A stretch of 63,971 bases of DNA, filler included, from Collodictyon triciliatum (Eukaryota), in the NCBI GenBank assembly GCA_043381765.1. It is 12 parts of 12 records of this genome, joined end to end, with 100 filler letters (N's around TTAATTAATTAA, not from the genome) between each part and the next. Parts side by side here need not be neighbours in the genome. Positions count along the whole stretch, not along the records: positions 11,979 to 17,798 come from JBHJMP010004910.1; positions 17,899 to 23,654 come from JBHJMP010004911.1; positions 23,755 to 29,571 come from JBHJMP010004912.1; 9 more parts are not named here. One strand, written 5' to 3'. Each line of letters begins with the position of its first letter. Position 1 is the first letter of the stretch. This document shows positions 15,901 to 27,143 of this stretch, piece after piece. Below the pieces are notes generated by a model, which had not been told where the DNA came from, did not search any database, and worked only from the letters and a program-made list of their open reading frames with translations. The translations under genes and the position numbers were made by a program.

Positions 15901-17627
15901 GTATGCGTACTAGTACTTGGATATCTGGCCAATCACATGTGGGATTCGAATCGAACTTCACCACCTCTCTTCCCAGATAAGATTCATTGGTGGCTCGGAA
16001 GAAGCCTTCTTTGTCTTGCTGTTTTAACCATAGGTCTCTGATAGCTAATAAATTATTATTTTTTGGGAATGATATTAGTTGGTAGAAATAATTTCAACAT
16101 TCCGAAATTAAGATGATATAACATTATCACGTTACCTTGAATTTTGAGTGTCATCTGTTCTTTTTCTATTTGGTATCACGAAATGTGTAGGTATGGGATT
16201 GGAGTTGTACACTTCATCATCAATTTTTAAGTCTCTATGTGTTCTTTACTTTGTCGGTGTCGCTTTCATCTTCCAACTGCGAGAATATTCACTCCGCCAT
16301 GCACAACCCTACGGTAAAATTTGCATATTAATTCTTTTTTTTTTTTTTTTTGAACAGGCTCTCTCCCATCACTCTCATTCTCATCTCTCTCTATATATAC
16401 AGTGTAAGGGTAATTTCTTTATTCTTGTTAACTCAATTATACAAACATAATAGAGAGATTGAGCACAGACCAAACAGCAAATCCTAACGAAAATGATTTT
16501 ACCAGCAAACTTTTGAACGTAAGTATACCTATTATCATATTTTATTAGTATTTGCATTATAAAAATTTGGGTTTTCTTCTGCTGCTGCGGTATAATGTTG
16601 TGCATTAATTGTTATTGTAATGCTGTGGATGTACAAATGTGCCAAGAGAAAGAGTAGAAGTGAATGTAATACTCTAAAGGAACGTACGTACATATGATTA
16701 AACTCAGAAACCGCACCGAACCCTGGCTTTTGTACTTGCCGTGTTTCTTGTCTTTGGGGCAGTGTATAATTTCCAAATGCAGCTTTCTACATCACATTCC
16801 GAGGAGCCCGATAGAAACAAAGATTCCCAAACAAGGCCGGACTTATCAAAGTCTGACCGAGTGCGTTCGCATAAAAGTCTGTATATCACTTCTTTTGAAT
16901 ATTTACCTCACCTTCTTGTAGCCCAGTAATCAGTTACTTGATCATTCGCTTCTGATCTAATTTGATGGGATGGAATGAATATTGTTATGAGTAATGCACT
17001 TTAACTGTAGCATTTGTTGATTTTTTTTCTATAATGAAATTACTAAAATTGAATGAGTTTTGAAATCTATGACCATTTATATTATCATCATCATGATTAT
17101 TTTTTTATTTCTCTGTAAATCGTTCGCAGATATCACCAAGCTCTGCAAAACGGATGACTGTGTTGAATTTGCAATACGCTTTGACAAATTTAGAATCCCT
17201 GCGCAAGAATCCGTCCAATATTGCCACTATTTTAAAGTCCCGGCTGAATATGAATATCACATAACCGAGTATGAGTCATTTTCTAGTATAAATGAAGGTT
17301 TTTATATGTAATGCTCGTGATATGTTTATGAAAAAAAAATTTCCCCAAAACTATAATCCTGGTTATGACGAGCAGCATGCATTACTCTATAATACGTTAA
17401 TTGTAACCATAATGATATACAACCACATCGTTTGTCCATGTGTGGATTGTGATATCCATTTTGCACACCGTCAATTCTCGCATCAAGATTCCGCGTGATT
17501 CGGGACAATATCGAAATCCTTCACCACGCAGTATTGTACCGAAGCAATATGAAGCGGAGTGACGACTACTTCTACTGCAGAGAGATGCCCAAAGGCGCCA
17601 CCATTGTGACAGCAATTGGAAAAAGCG
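12510..17627 (+). CDS. Signal peptide + 2x DOMON + cytochrome b561 + TM linker + copper type II ascorbate-dependent monooxygenase N-terminal domain (3'-truncated)
   Basis: MDLSKASWSVFSALLVVLSLR. DOMON1 TTGWIAVGIS..GSM..GSDMIIGWV...FSRPLRT...KHFVKG. DOMON2 GWVGIG..MPKSDMIVGWV...FSRKLDT...KHISRG. b561 His motifs TIHAFFM, YHKYIQ, HTHGVIG, KIHWWLGR. Monooxygenase YCHYFKVP..YHITEFRVIRDNIEILHHAVLY. Whether the monooxygenase belongs to the same transcript is inferred. Confidence 0.75.
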
Positions 17628-18000
17628 GTGCAGTTACATCCCTCCCTCTCTCATACTTTCATATCCTGCATGCATACAGAGCTGGAATATCCCAAACTAA
17701 CAAAAACAAAACAAAAAAACAAAAAAACAAAAAAACAAAAAAACAAAAAAACAAAAAAACAAAAAAACAAAAAAAAAAAAAAAACAAAAAAAAAACAANN
17801 NNNNNNNNNNNNNNNNNNNNNNNNNNNNNNNNNNNNNNNNNNTTAATTAATTAANNNNNNNNNNNNNNNNNNNNNNNNNNNNNNNNNNNNNNNNNNNNTC
17901 ATTATTATTATCATTATTATTATCATTATTATTATCATTATTATTATCATTATTATTATCATTATTATTATCATTATTATTATCATTATTATTATTATTA

Positions 18001-18058
<58 letters not shown>

Positions 18059-18562
18059 TATCATTATTATTATCATCATTATTATCATCATTATTATCAT
18101 CATTATTATTATTTGCGCTCGGCCTTTAGCTTTGGAACAACCAAAGACCGAAGCGTGGTATCAACAATGCTTGAGTAGCGTAAAAAAGAAAGTCTGAGCT
18201 GTTGGATGCAGGTTGCTTTCTACAACTGACAAAACAGACAGGCATTGATGATAATGGTGATAACTGAATGGTTCATCGCTAGATTGTTGGAATGTATGGG
18301 TTTAGTTCATCGATTCGCTTCCTCATTGCGATTTCTTCATGTGTCTCTTGCATGAGAGGTAGCGTGCAGAAAAATAAATGGTTAGTTGCACTTTAGACTC
18401 TCACTTTTAATTATTTTTTTTATTATTATTTTTATAGGGCGTTTGTTGCTCAATTTGTTGTTGCCGGTTTATCTTTCACGAGACGCGTAGATAGGAGACG
18501 AGGGCGAGCAGGAATGCAATCAGAGAAAGAAAATCCTTTGGGGGGAAGGGAGGGCTGCCGCT

Positions 18563-20188
18563 CTAATCAACCTTGATGGAAGAGTAAATCTTCCTGACAA
18601 ACCACCAAGCAGAGAGGAATCCTATGGTTCCGGTGAGCAGGAAAAATCCAAGGCACATCATGAATGTATAGCTAAAGAATAGCAACCCAGAGACAAAGCT
18701 TTGGATTTCCAATTTGTTGATGAAATAAGCCACGGAGTAAAAGAACACGTAGATGCTGGAAGATGCAGGGGTCAGGAACGATCTCCACCACCAGTGGTAA
18801 TCCTTTAAGTTGAATACGTAGAATGAGTTCAGACCTTTTGAGAAGAAAAACACAGGGAAGAAAGAATAAAAAAGACTTTGATAAACAAAATTATCTATAA
18901 GGATGGCAGAGAGCAGATTGAAATTGTTATTAGATGGCGTTGATTAATGTAACAAATATTACCTCACGACAAAGCTGGAAGTAGCATGTCACGATGGCAA
19001 TTTCAGAGCAAGTAATAATGGCAATTATAAAGACCAAAAACAGGAATCCGAATATGTAGTAAATTTGATCCTGCCAGATAGACGTCATGATAAAGTAGAG
19101 CTCAATAAAGATTGCACCGAATGGCAGAATTCCGCCCATCAGAATCGCAGCCGCTGAGGAAGCAAACCATTTCTGGTCGGGGATTTGACGAGGGGTGGCG
19201 TGTGTGCGGACGGGATTTGATGGAGACTCTTGGGTGGATGCGATGTAGCTACCAACAAAGACCAGAGGAACAGAGATGCCGAACCACAGGAAAAGGAGGG
19301 CAATAAGAGTTCCTTTTGGATGCAAAAGTAAGTGATGGTTAGGAATTCAAGTCATGTACACTTTGTGGGTGCAGAAACAGAAGTCTAGCCCCATACTCAT
19401 GCTATGGAAAGAGGAACCATACCAAACGGAATAGCGGCAGACGAGCCAATGTTCCACAAGAAACCATTCAGGATAAAGAACAGGACAAACACGATTCCAG
19501 GGTAGAGTAGGGCTGTCAGAACCGTGTTGGTCTTCCAATGCTCTCCCTTGAAGTATTTATAAATATAATTGGAGTAGTATCCGGCCAGAGAGCTATTATA
19601 TTCAAACATCAGAGTCAGATCAAGACCTTGCGCAATATATCAGATTCAATCAATCAAGAGAAATAGGCGGAGTGGATAAAAAAAAAATACCCCATAAATA
19701 CATAGAGAAGAAGCAAGGCAGCAAGTAGTGAGCCCCGATTCGAAGGAGAGAGGAACCCAAGGACAGCGAAGGCTAGCATAATATTATTGTTTCAAATTAA
19801 ATTTCGCAGCCGAGATGCTAGACATAGCAGCAAAGAGAGATGTTCTTGCTCGGATAAGATACAATTATTTAAATATTTCCGCCTTCTTACTCAGTCCCAA
19901 GGCAATCATTCCGAGAACTTGTACACCAGAGCCGACGCTAACGGTAAGAATCATATAATTTTGAGGAGGACGGAAGACATCTCCATAAACCAGCTTCCAA
20001 CCAGTTTCTTCCAATCCATCTTCAGAATCGCGGACTTTGCTGTAGCGTGCGAAATCCTGTATTGGATTAATAAGCCGAATAAGTCGATGAAGATGGATGA
20101 TATTGCAGAAGTGCTCTTCGAAAGAAAGGGACGGGGGACGGGGGACGGGGGACGGGAGACGGGGGACGGGAGACGGGAGAAAGGAGAA

Positions 20189-20268
<80 letters not shown>

Positions 20269-22010
20269 GATTACCCACCTGATGAAGAGTGCGGATAATG
20301 ATCATAGCTACTATGCCAGACAAGAAGAGGACAATCAGAAGAGAGTTGATGATGGAGAACCAATGGACTTTGTTGTTTGTCACCAGGAGATAAACATCCC
20401 AGCGAGAGGCCCATCGAATGTCACTGGGCTAAATACGAATTAACAGAGTAATACAGTTAAGCTTTCAGTCATGTGGCTTTGTGGATAAGTTCTTTCGTGT
20501 TTGGGAAATATCCAACTTATCGAGGCTCTTACCTCCCAAATGACATCATACGTCCATGTGATCTCCTTGGCGCTCTCCAAATCAAGGGGTGGGAAGCTGT
20601 CGATGTTGAGGCAGCTGGAGGGCTGGAGAGCATTTGCACTTTTCCATGTATGAAGGACGCTGCGAGCATGTGTCTCGAAACCAACAATGCGAGTTCCGGG
20701 TGTTTGAGAGGATTCGTCAGAGTGGTATTTGATCAGCATCGTAACGTGGTTGTTGATGTAATGGTGTCCTTTGTGGAGAGACTGTCGGGAAAAGAATCGT
20801 AGTGAGACATGCAGTAACACAGGAGGGCCACAAGATGTGGTGTGAAAAAAAAAAGTCTGTCGTTTGAAGGAGTCGAGACTTTGTGTAAAAAAAAAAAAAC
20901 TTTATATATACTCGTGACGGGCGCTACTAATTTCACCAGAATATATAACAGTGAGTCATGATAGTTATGTTTTGGGATGGTGCCGTATATAGGATACATA
21001 TATGTTTATGGAGTAGTCATGTTAGAAGGGAAAGCATACCCCGTGGTCGATGATTCCAACGAAGCCAAGTGGGAACCCAAGCTCGTAGGTAGTCGTAATT
21101 GTATCAGACGTGCTTTCGTGGAACTTGTGGGGCGTGGCAGCGGGCAGATTGTCGAGAATCCTGTTGTTTTGGGGGTAAGCTCGACATGTTTGTTTGGTTT
21201 TACTCTCAATCCCCAAATATCCATATGCATGGAGAAATATGCAGGATATATGTGGTGTTTCCGTAGATAGATAGGAGTATGGTAGTCAACCAGTGCACTC
21301 GGTAGTCTTCGCTGATCTTTGTCATGAATTGCTTTATAGAGGATTTGGTGTATTCCTTTCGACATAGGACTTTGCAACGGAATTCGTTTTTGATATACAC
21401 CTACATGACAAAAAGAGAATTGAAAACGGAGCGGGACTTTGAGCTCAGCTAAGGGAAGAATTGGCGTTTATATATTCCTGATGTCAGAGAGGCGCCTTGT
21501 TGAGCTGAAGCTGGCATCAAGGGCTCAATGAAATATGTGCACATACGCATCCCTGTTACTGAGAAATGCGAGTGAAGATTCAGAGTAAAAAAAAAAAAAA
21601 AACCAACCTCATACGGCGAGTTTTCGATGCGGTCTCCATAAAGAACCTCCCCGAGGTTCTCTACAGTGTTTTCAATCGTCTTTGGGCGGCAGAAAGGGAG
21701 TGAGTAATATTCATACGGAATCTGAGTCTTGACCGACGTCAGCTTGTTGACCTGGTATTGGACGAAGCTGTTAAGTGAGAGGGAAAGGCAGGTCGAGAAC
21801 GAGAGAGTGAAACAAGACAAAAGGAAGGAACAGGCAGGAGGGGAAAAGAAACAAGAAAAACACAGTGAGTACAAAAGTTACTTTGAGCTCGACACGGGCA
21901 TCATCGGGATAGTCGACTGGGGCAACACCGGGCAGGTAGAAGGCAGCTGCGTGGTAGACTGTCACGAGTAGAAGGAGACACGGAATCCCAAGCAACCTGC
22001 TGTTCTTCAT
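18563..22010 (-). CDS. Transmembrane 9 superfamily protein (TM9SF2/4, Phg1/EMP70-like), multi-exon
   Basis: Signal peptide + [98 protein letters not shown]-terminal KVD*. Confidence 0.96.
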
Positions 22011-23889
22011 TCCCGTCCTCTGGTTTTTGCTTACCCTGCTTGTTCAAGATGACTGTCACTGAAAAATTCCAAAAGGACACAAGAAAGGACGCCCACAAAG
22101 GAGATGAATAGAAGGTGGGCCAAGCGCGCTCCGGTGAGGAGGTCGTGACGCTGACTAGGACACCTGATTTGATCACCAGGCCGCGCACTGCACTGAGCTT
22201 TGGAATGTGCGATTGTCTTCTGTTTGTAATCGGAGATATTGAAATAAGAGAAAAGGGAGGTGGGGGCGTGGCTTTCATTCTGCTCCCGAGTCCTGGGTGT
22301 TGTTTTTTTTTTTTTTTGTTTGCTAACATGATTCTTTCTGATTCTATTGACATCAGAGCCCGCTAAGCACCTTTCTTATTCCATTATGCTTTCTTTCTGT
22401 TGTTGATTTTTTTCTTATTTTATTTTTAGGTTTATTGCTTTTTTTTCTATTTTTTTTTCTTATTTCCCTTTCGCCTGAACAAAAAAACCAACAAAAAAGA
22501 CAAACCACAAGGGAAATCATTCGGGGTCGGCGCCGAGTGTCTGCGATCGAGTGGGCAAGGCCTTGCGCGCAGTTCGAATGTTTGAATTGAACAGAAACGG
22601 ATTCTGCACGTTTCTGTGTATCTCACTTCATCCAGGACACCACGACTTCCTGGCGCGGTTGGTGCTTGCAAGCGCCGACTGCTTCTGGGTCGATGCCCGA
22701 GCCGGTATATGTAACAAACTTGAAAACATCCTTTCTTGATGCATTGTGTTTGATGTGCGGTGCGGAATGGAATGCCATTTCTTGTGTGCACCCAAGTGTC
22801 CAGCCACAGGCGGCGAAGCCACAAAACGAAAACATATTGCGCATAATTTATATTTCTGGAATATATATAATATACACTAATATTACATATTAATACATTA
22901 CAATATAATTATATTGTAATTTATTTAGATAAGAATAATGTATATATGTATGTATGCACAAACTCAATGAGGCATTCATGCGTGTAAGGGACAACACCAA
23001 CACACTGGACAAATTGGGACACTGGGACATCGACAACTGCTCCCTCGTTTGTGGCGTGGGTGCAAGGGAGGAGCGAGGACGACACGAAAAATCGTGCAGA
23101 TGAAAGCGCCGTTGTCTTGTGCGGGGGCACACCGACCCGGGTACGAGGAAGGCGGATACCTGCGGTAAGGCAGCGATATTTTTTTCCTTCTACTCTTTGG
23201 TTCTGTGGAATTCTGAACTTGTGATTTTGGGAATGATTGGGTCACTCAGTGTCCCGTGAGAATGCGGCTGTGATGCGCTCGGTGATGAGGATGAGGCGAT
23301 TGTTTTCTCCGCGCTGGGGTGTGCCAAGTTGCGCAAATAGCCGAAATTGGATCGGCCCCATGGAAGAGTCCATCAACCGTTGCAATTTTGGAATTCTCAT
23401 GGCACTGCCAAGCTATTGTTTCCATTGGTTTTCCTGCTTTTCGTCCTCTTGTTTTGCGGCTAGAGGGAAAGATATGTGTGCGAAGCCTCTTGTTGTAAAC
23501 AATGCAGAGTGTGCATACAAAAACGACAACGACAACGACAAAGACAAAGACAAAGACAAAGACAAAGACAAAGACAAAGACAAAGACAAAGACAAAGACA
23601 AAGACAAAGACAAAGACAAAGACAAAGACAAAGACAAAGACAAAGACAAAGACANNNNNNNNNNNNNNNNNNNNNNNNNNNNNNNNNNNNNNNNNNNNTT
23701 AATTAATTAANNNNNNNNNNNNNNNNNNNNNNNNNNNNNNNNNNNNNNNNNNNNTTCCCCATCTCCATACTCCTCTGATGGCACACCCACTATTATTTTC
23801 TTTTTACCTCGGAATACTTGCTTAGTGGTTGGAAAAAAGATTGTTGGCACGGGTGCCAAAAGCGAAGTCCATCATTGATAAAAGAATAA

Positions 23890-24430
23890 AAAAAGGTTCA
23901 TCCAGGCTGAACCCAGTTAACATCGATTAGATGAAGGATTAATTAGTATTCAAAAATATTGTTACAGTTGGATTTTAAAACAGGATATTGATAAGTGTGA
24001 AACCTTGAAGACATATTTTAACTGGAATGAGAGCGTTTGAGCGAACGAGAAGAATGAGCCTGTCGGTGATGAATACTGTCGTATTTTCTTTTCTCGGGAA
24101 CGATTCCGAGTCAGATGGCTGAGTCTTTCAACATTATAAAAGTCCCGTCCTTATCGTTGCACTTTCGGGTTTCATCACATCTTGCAATTTATTGTACATA
24201 TTCGTGTAGTTTGCGAAGGAAAGTATTTTTCATTATTTTCGTATAGGTTAATGAAGCAGTCTTTTTCTCTCTGAAGAATTTACTCTACATTGCTTCCATT
24301 AATTGTGGTATGTCAGTCACTTATTATTGATTGAGAGTCTGTCTCCCGACGCAAGCTCGTCATTCACATGATGTTGACGCATTATAGTTCTGGTCTCATG
24401 CAATTTCATTATGAATTCAATTGAATCTGT
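23890..24430 (-). mobile_element. Decayed 5'/ORF1 fragment of the same LINE family as 27144-29571
   Basis: Minus-strand peptides KDCFINL, ILSFANYTNM, FPRKENTTVFI, KVSHLS, VNWVQPG match EDCFVRL, VLSFANRSNM, FPRKENAAAFI, KVAHLS, VNWTKPG of the plus-strand copy in the same order. Nucleotide similarity is also visible (cgagcttgcgtcggga vs cgagcttgcatcggga). Confidence 0.8.
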
Positions 24431-25076
24431 GGATGTGTGTCAATAAGAAATAAAACAATATCCATAAACATTAAACACTACGAAAGAAAAGCAAACGAGA
24501 AAAGGGAAAGAACTCAGTTTGGGCATTCCATATCATTTTTATAATAGGTTATAATACAGATTGAAAATATTTACAATTTGTGGTATGTCGAATACTGTGT
24601 CATAAATTTTCTGAATCTTTGCAGTAGGAATACACGTCGTGCATCATCGGGAGATATCGCACCTGGCGCATTCGAGAATGTTCTGCCTTCCCAATCACCA
24701 CACGAGCCACACACCGCACACGAGCAACACACAGCCCAATCCGTCCACTTATATATTAAGATGGCCGCATGTTTATTCGGATGGAAGATTCGCCGGCCTT
24801 TGTGTGATATTTAACCTTCGTCCCGTCAAAATCACTGCTGCCCTGCGCTCTTTCTTTCTCGCTACCTTATCACATCACTCATTCGCAATGCACATTCTAT
24901 TCTCTGTGTGCACAACCGCACTGCTCCCACCCAGTAACACACATCCTGTGTGACTAGTCAAGTGCAGTCACAAAACAAACAAAAAATATTCAGCGCACTA
25001 ACACACAACCCAACCCACCCGTCCACACAACCACCAGAACCCGTCCAAACTGCTTTCGCCCCACACTTCTGCCACG

Positions 25077-26721
25077 ATGGCCGACGAGAATGCGCTTTTA
25101 GAAGAGGTTCTGAGGAATAATGAATCATGTGACATCGCGTCTTCAAAAAGCTCTCAGAGTCTATATTTAGCCGGGAAAAGCCTGACATCCGTTCCTCATG
25201 GTGTCTTTTTGTTGTCTGGTCTGAAAAGATTGAGTCTTTATGGGAATCAGTTGCCGTTGCTGCCTCCACAAATATCGTGTTTGACTGGTCTCACATTTCT
25301 TGGTGTCCACACCAACCCGGTATGTTATTATACATTTATTATCACTATTTTATTTATGTTGAAAAGATAAAGTCACTGACAACGATATATGCAGATGGAG
25401 GAGCTTCCATTAGTAATCACAGCGCTCACAAGTCTGAAGAAGCTCTACATCGAATACGAGGGAAGAATTAACATAAAGAGAGCGCCGCGTGGCATCACAG
25501 CCCTTCCAGTGTGGAACAACACATCAAACTCCGACTACAAACACATCCGCGCGCTGCAGCTGTACGACCCCGTAAGCACACAACCACCCACAACCCCCAC
25601 ATGCACACAACATAGAACACTACTGACGGGACTCTCCACCAACAAAGGTCCCGAAAAGCCGTCTGTCCCTCGGCAAATACGCCGACCTGCTGGAGATGGA
25701 CTTTGAGAAACGAGAGAACTTCCTGGGCAAGGGCGGCTTCGGGGCAGCATACAAGGTGCAGCTGAAGGCAGGCCTCTTCGCCGTGAAGAAGATCGGCGAC
25801 GCCATGGTCTCCTCGTCTCCCGACAGCTCAGACCCGGAGAAGGAGGGCAAGATGATGCTCGAGCTGCAGCACCCAAACATCCTGACGCTCTACGACTTTG
25901 GGTACCGGAACAAAGACCTGCTCTTTGTCATGGAGTTTGCGGACGGCGGAGACTTGTGCTCTCTCATCAAGAAGCAAAAGGCACTCGGCACCGACCTAAC
26001 CCTCAAGTACGGGCAGCACATCATCCAAGGTCTCGCCTACCTGCACACGCGGCAGAGGCCCATCCAGCACCGCGACCTCAAGACCGAGAACGTCCTGCTT
26101 GTGAACGGCGTCGCCAAGCTGACCGACTTTGGCCTTGCAAAGAGCGGCGCATCCGTCAACTCAGTGAGCAAGTTCGCCGGCTCGACAAACTGGTCGCCGC
26201 CCGAGGTTTTTGACATCGGCAAGGGCATGGGGCTATCCAGCGACGTCTACTCGTACGGCGTGGTCCTCTGGTCCATGCTGAGCGGCGAGTACCCGTACCA
26301 GGGCATGACCGTAGGCGAGGTTAGTACAAGGGTCTTGAGCGGTAATCTGCTTCCTCTTCCAACTACCTGGCCTCCTAACCTCACAGCTCTCATCCGCAAG
26401 TGCTGGGAGAAAAACTATGACATTCGCATCAGTGCCCAAGTGGTCGAGGCCGAGCTCAAGGGCATCATCAGCAACCCGTACGCTGCCCCGGTCACCCCGA
26501 GAATGGGCTCCGTAAAGAGCTTAAGCATTCAAAGACTGACGGCTTATCTCGAGGAGAAAAACGCCAACCCGAAGCTGATACAGGCCTGCAAAGATAACGA
26601 CATTGGGGGTGCAGAGTTCGTTGTCCTTACCGAGGAGGACCTGAAGACTCTTGTTCCAGAGTTTAAGATCTTCCACATCCGAGCCGCCCTCAATCTCATC
26701 GAGGAAGCCAAGCGCGCTTAA
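25077..26721 (+). CDS. LRR + protein kinase (TKL-like) + C-terminal SAM domain (3 exons: 25077-25319, 25394-25571, 25648-26721)
   Basis: LRR LKRLSLYGNQLPLLPPQISCLTGLTFL. Kinase GKGGFG, AVK, HRDLKTENVL, DFG, PPE, DVYSYGVVLW. SAM-like tail LTAYLEE...DNDIGGAEFVVLTEEDLKTL. Both introns are phase 0 and in frame. Confidence 0.88.
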
Positions 26722-27143
26722 CCACCGCCCCTCTCCTTTTCATTTCGCGGGTTTTGTAGGATTCGCCCGAACCTCTCTTGCCTTTGTCCCATCCTCCACG
26801 CACATCCCTAGCGCACCCACAACTGAATAAAGGAAAAACAAAAAAAAATTCTCTGCTCCGCTCTTTCTCCAACTCGCACAAAATATAAAAGTAGCCGTTT
26901 GCTGGTTTTGTTGGTTTGTTGCGTCGCAGAAAAAAAGCTGACTCTTCCACGAGCCTGTGATGCGCGCAACCGAAATTCGTTTCCACGGAATGGAAAGGCG
27001 TTACATTGGTGTCAATTATACAAAAGCGGATGATATACTAATAGTCTAAAATTAGATGAAAATCGACTTTAATATCGATTTTCTTTCTATATTTTAATAC
27101 CAAATACTTTAGCTCTTCGATCTCGGCTGGTTTAATTCAACCA

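Noticed and set aside
22500-23460. Minus-strand coding-like segment with a cyclophilin-like phrase (DSSMGPIQFRLF...EN)
   Set aside because: No downstream cyclophilin motifs (FHRII, QGGD), stops in the candidate frames, and no consistent gene model
26825-26848. GAATAAAGGAAAAA after the kinase stop as another mini-retroposon copy
   Set aside because: Only a partial core match with no TSD; more likely the kinase gene's own polyadenylation signal
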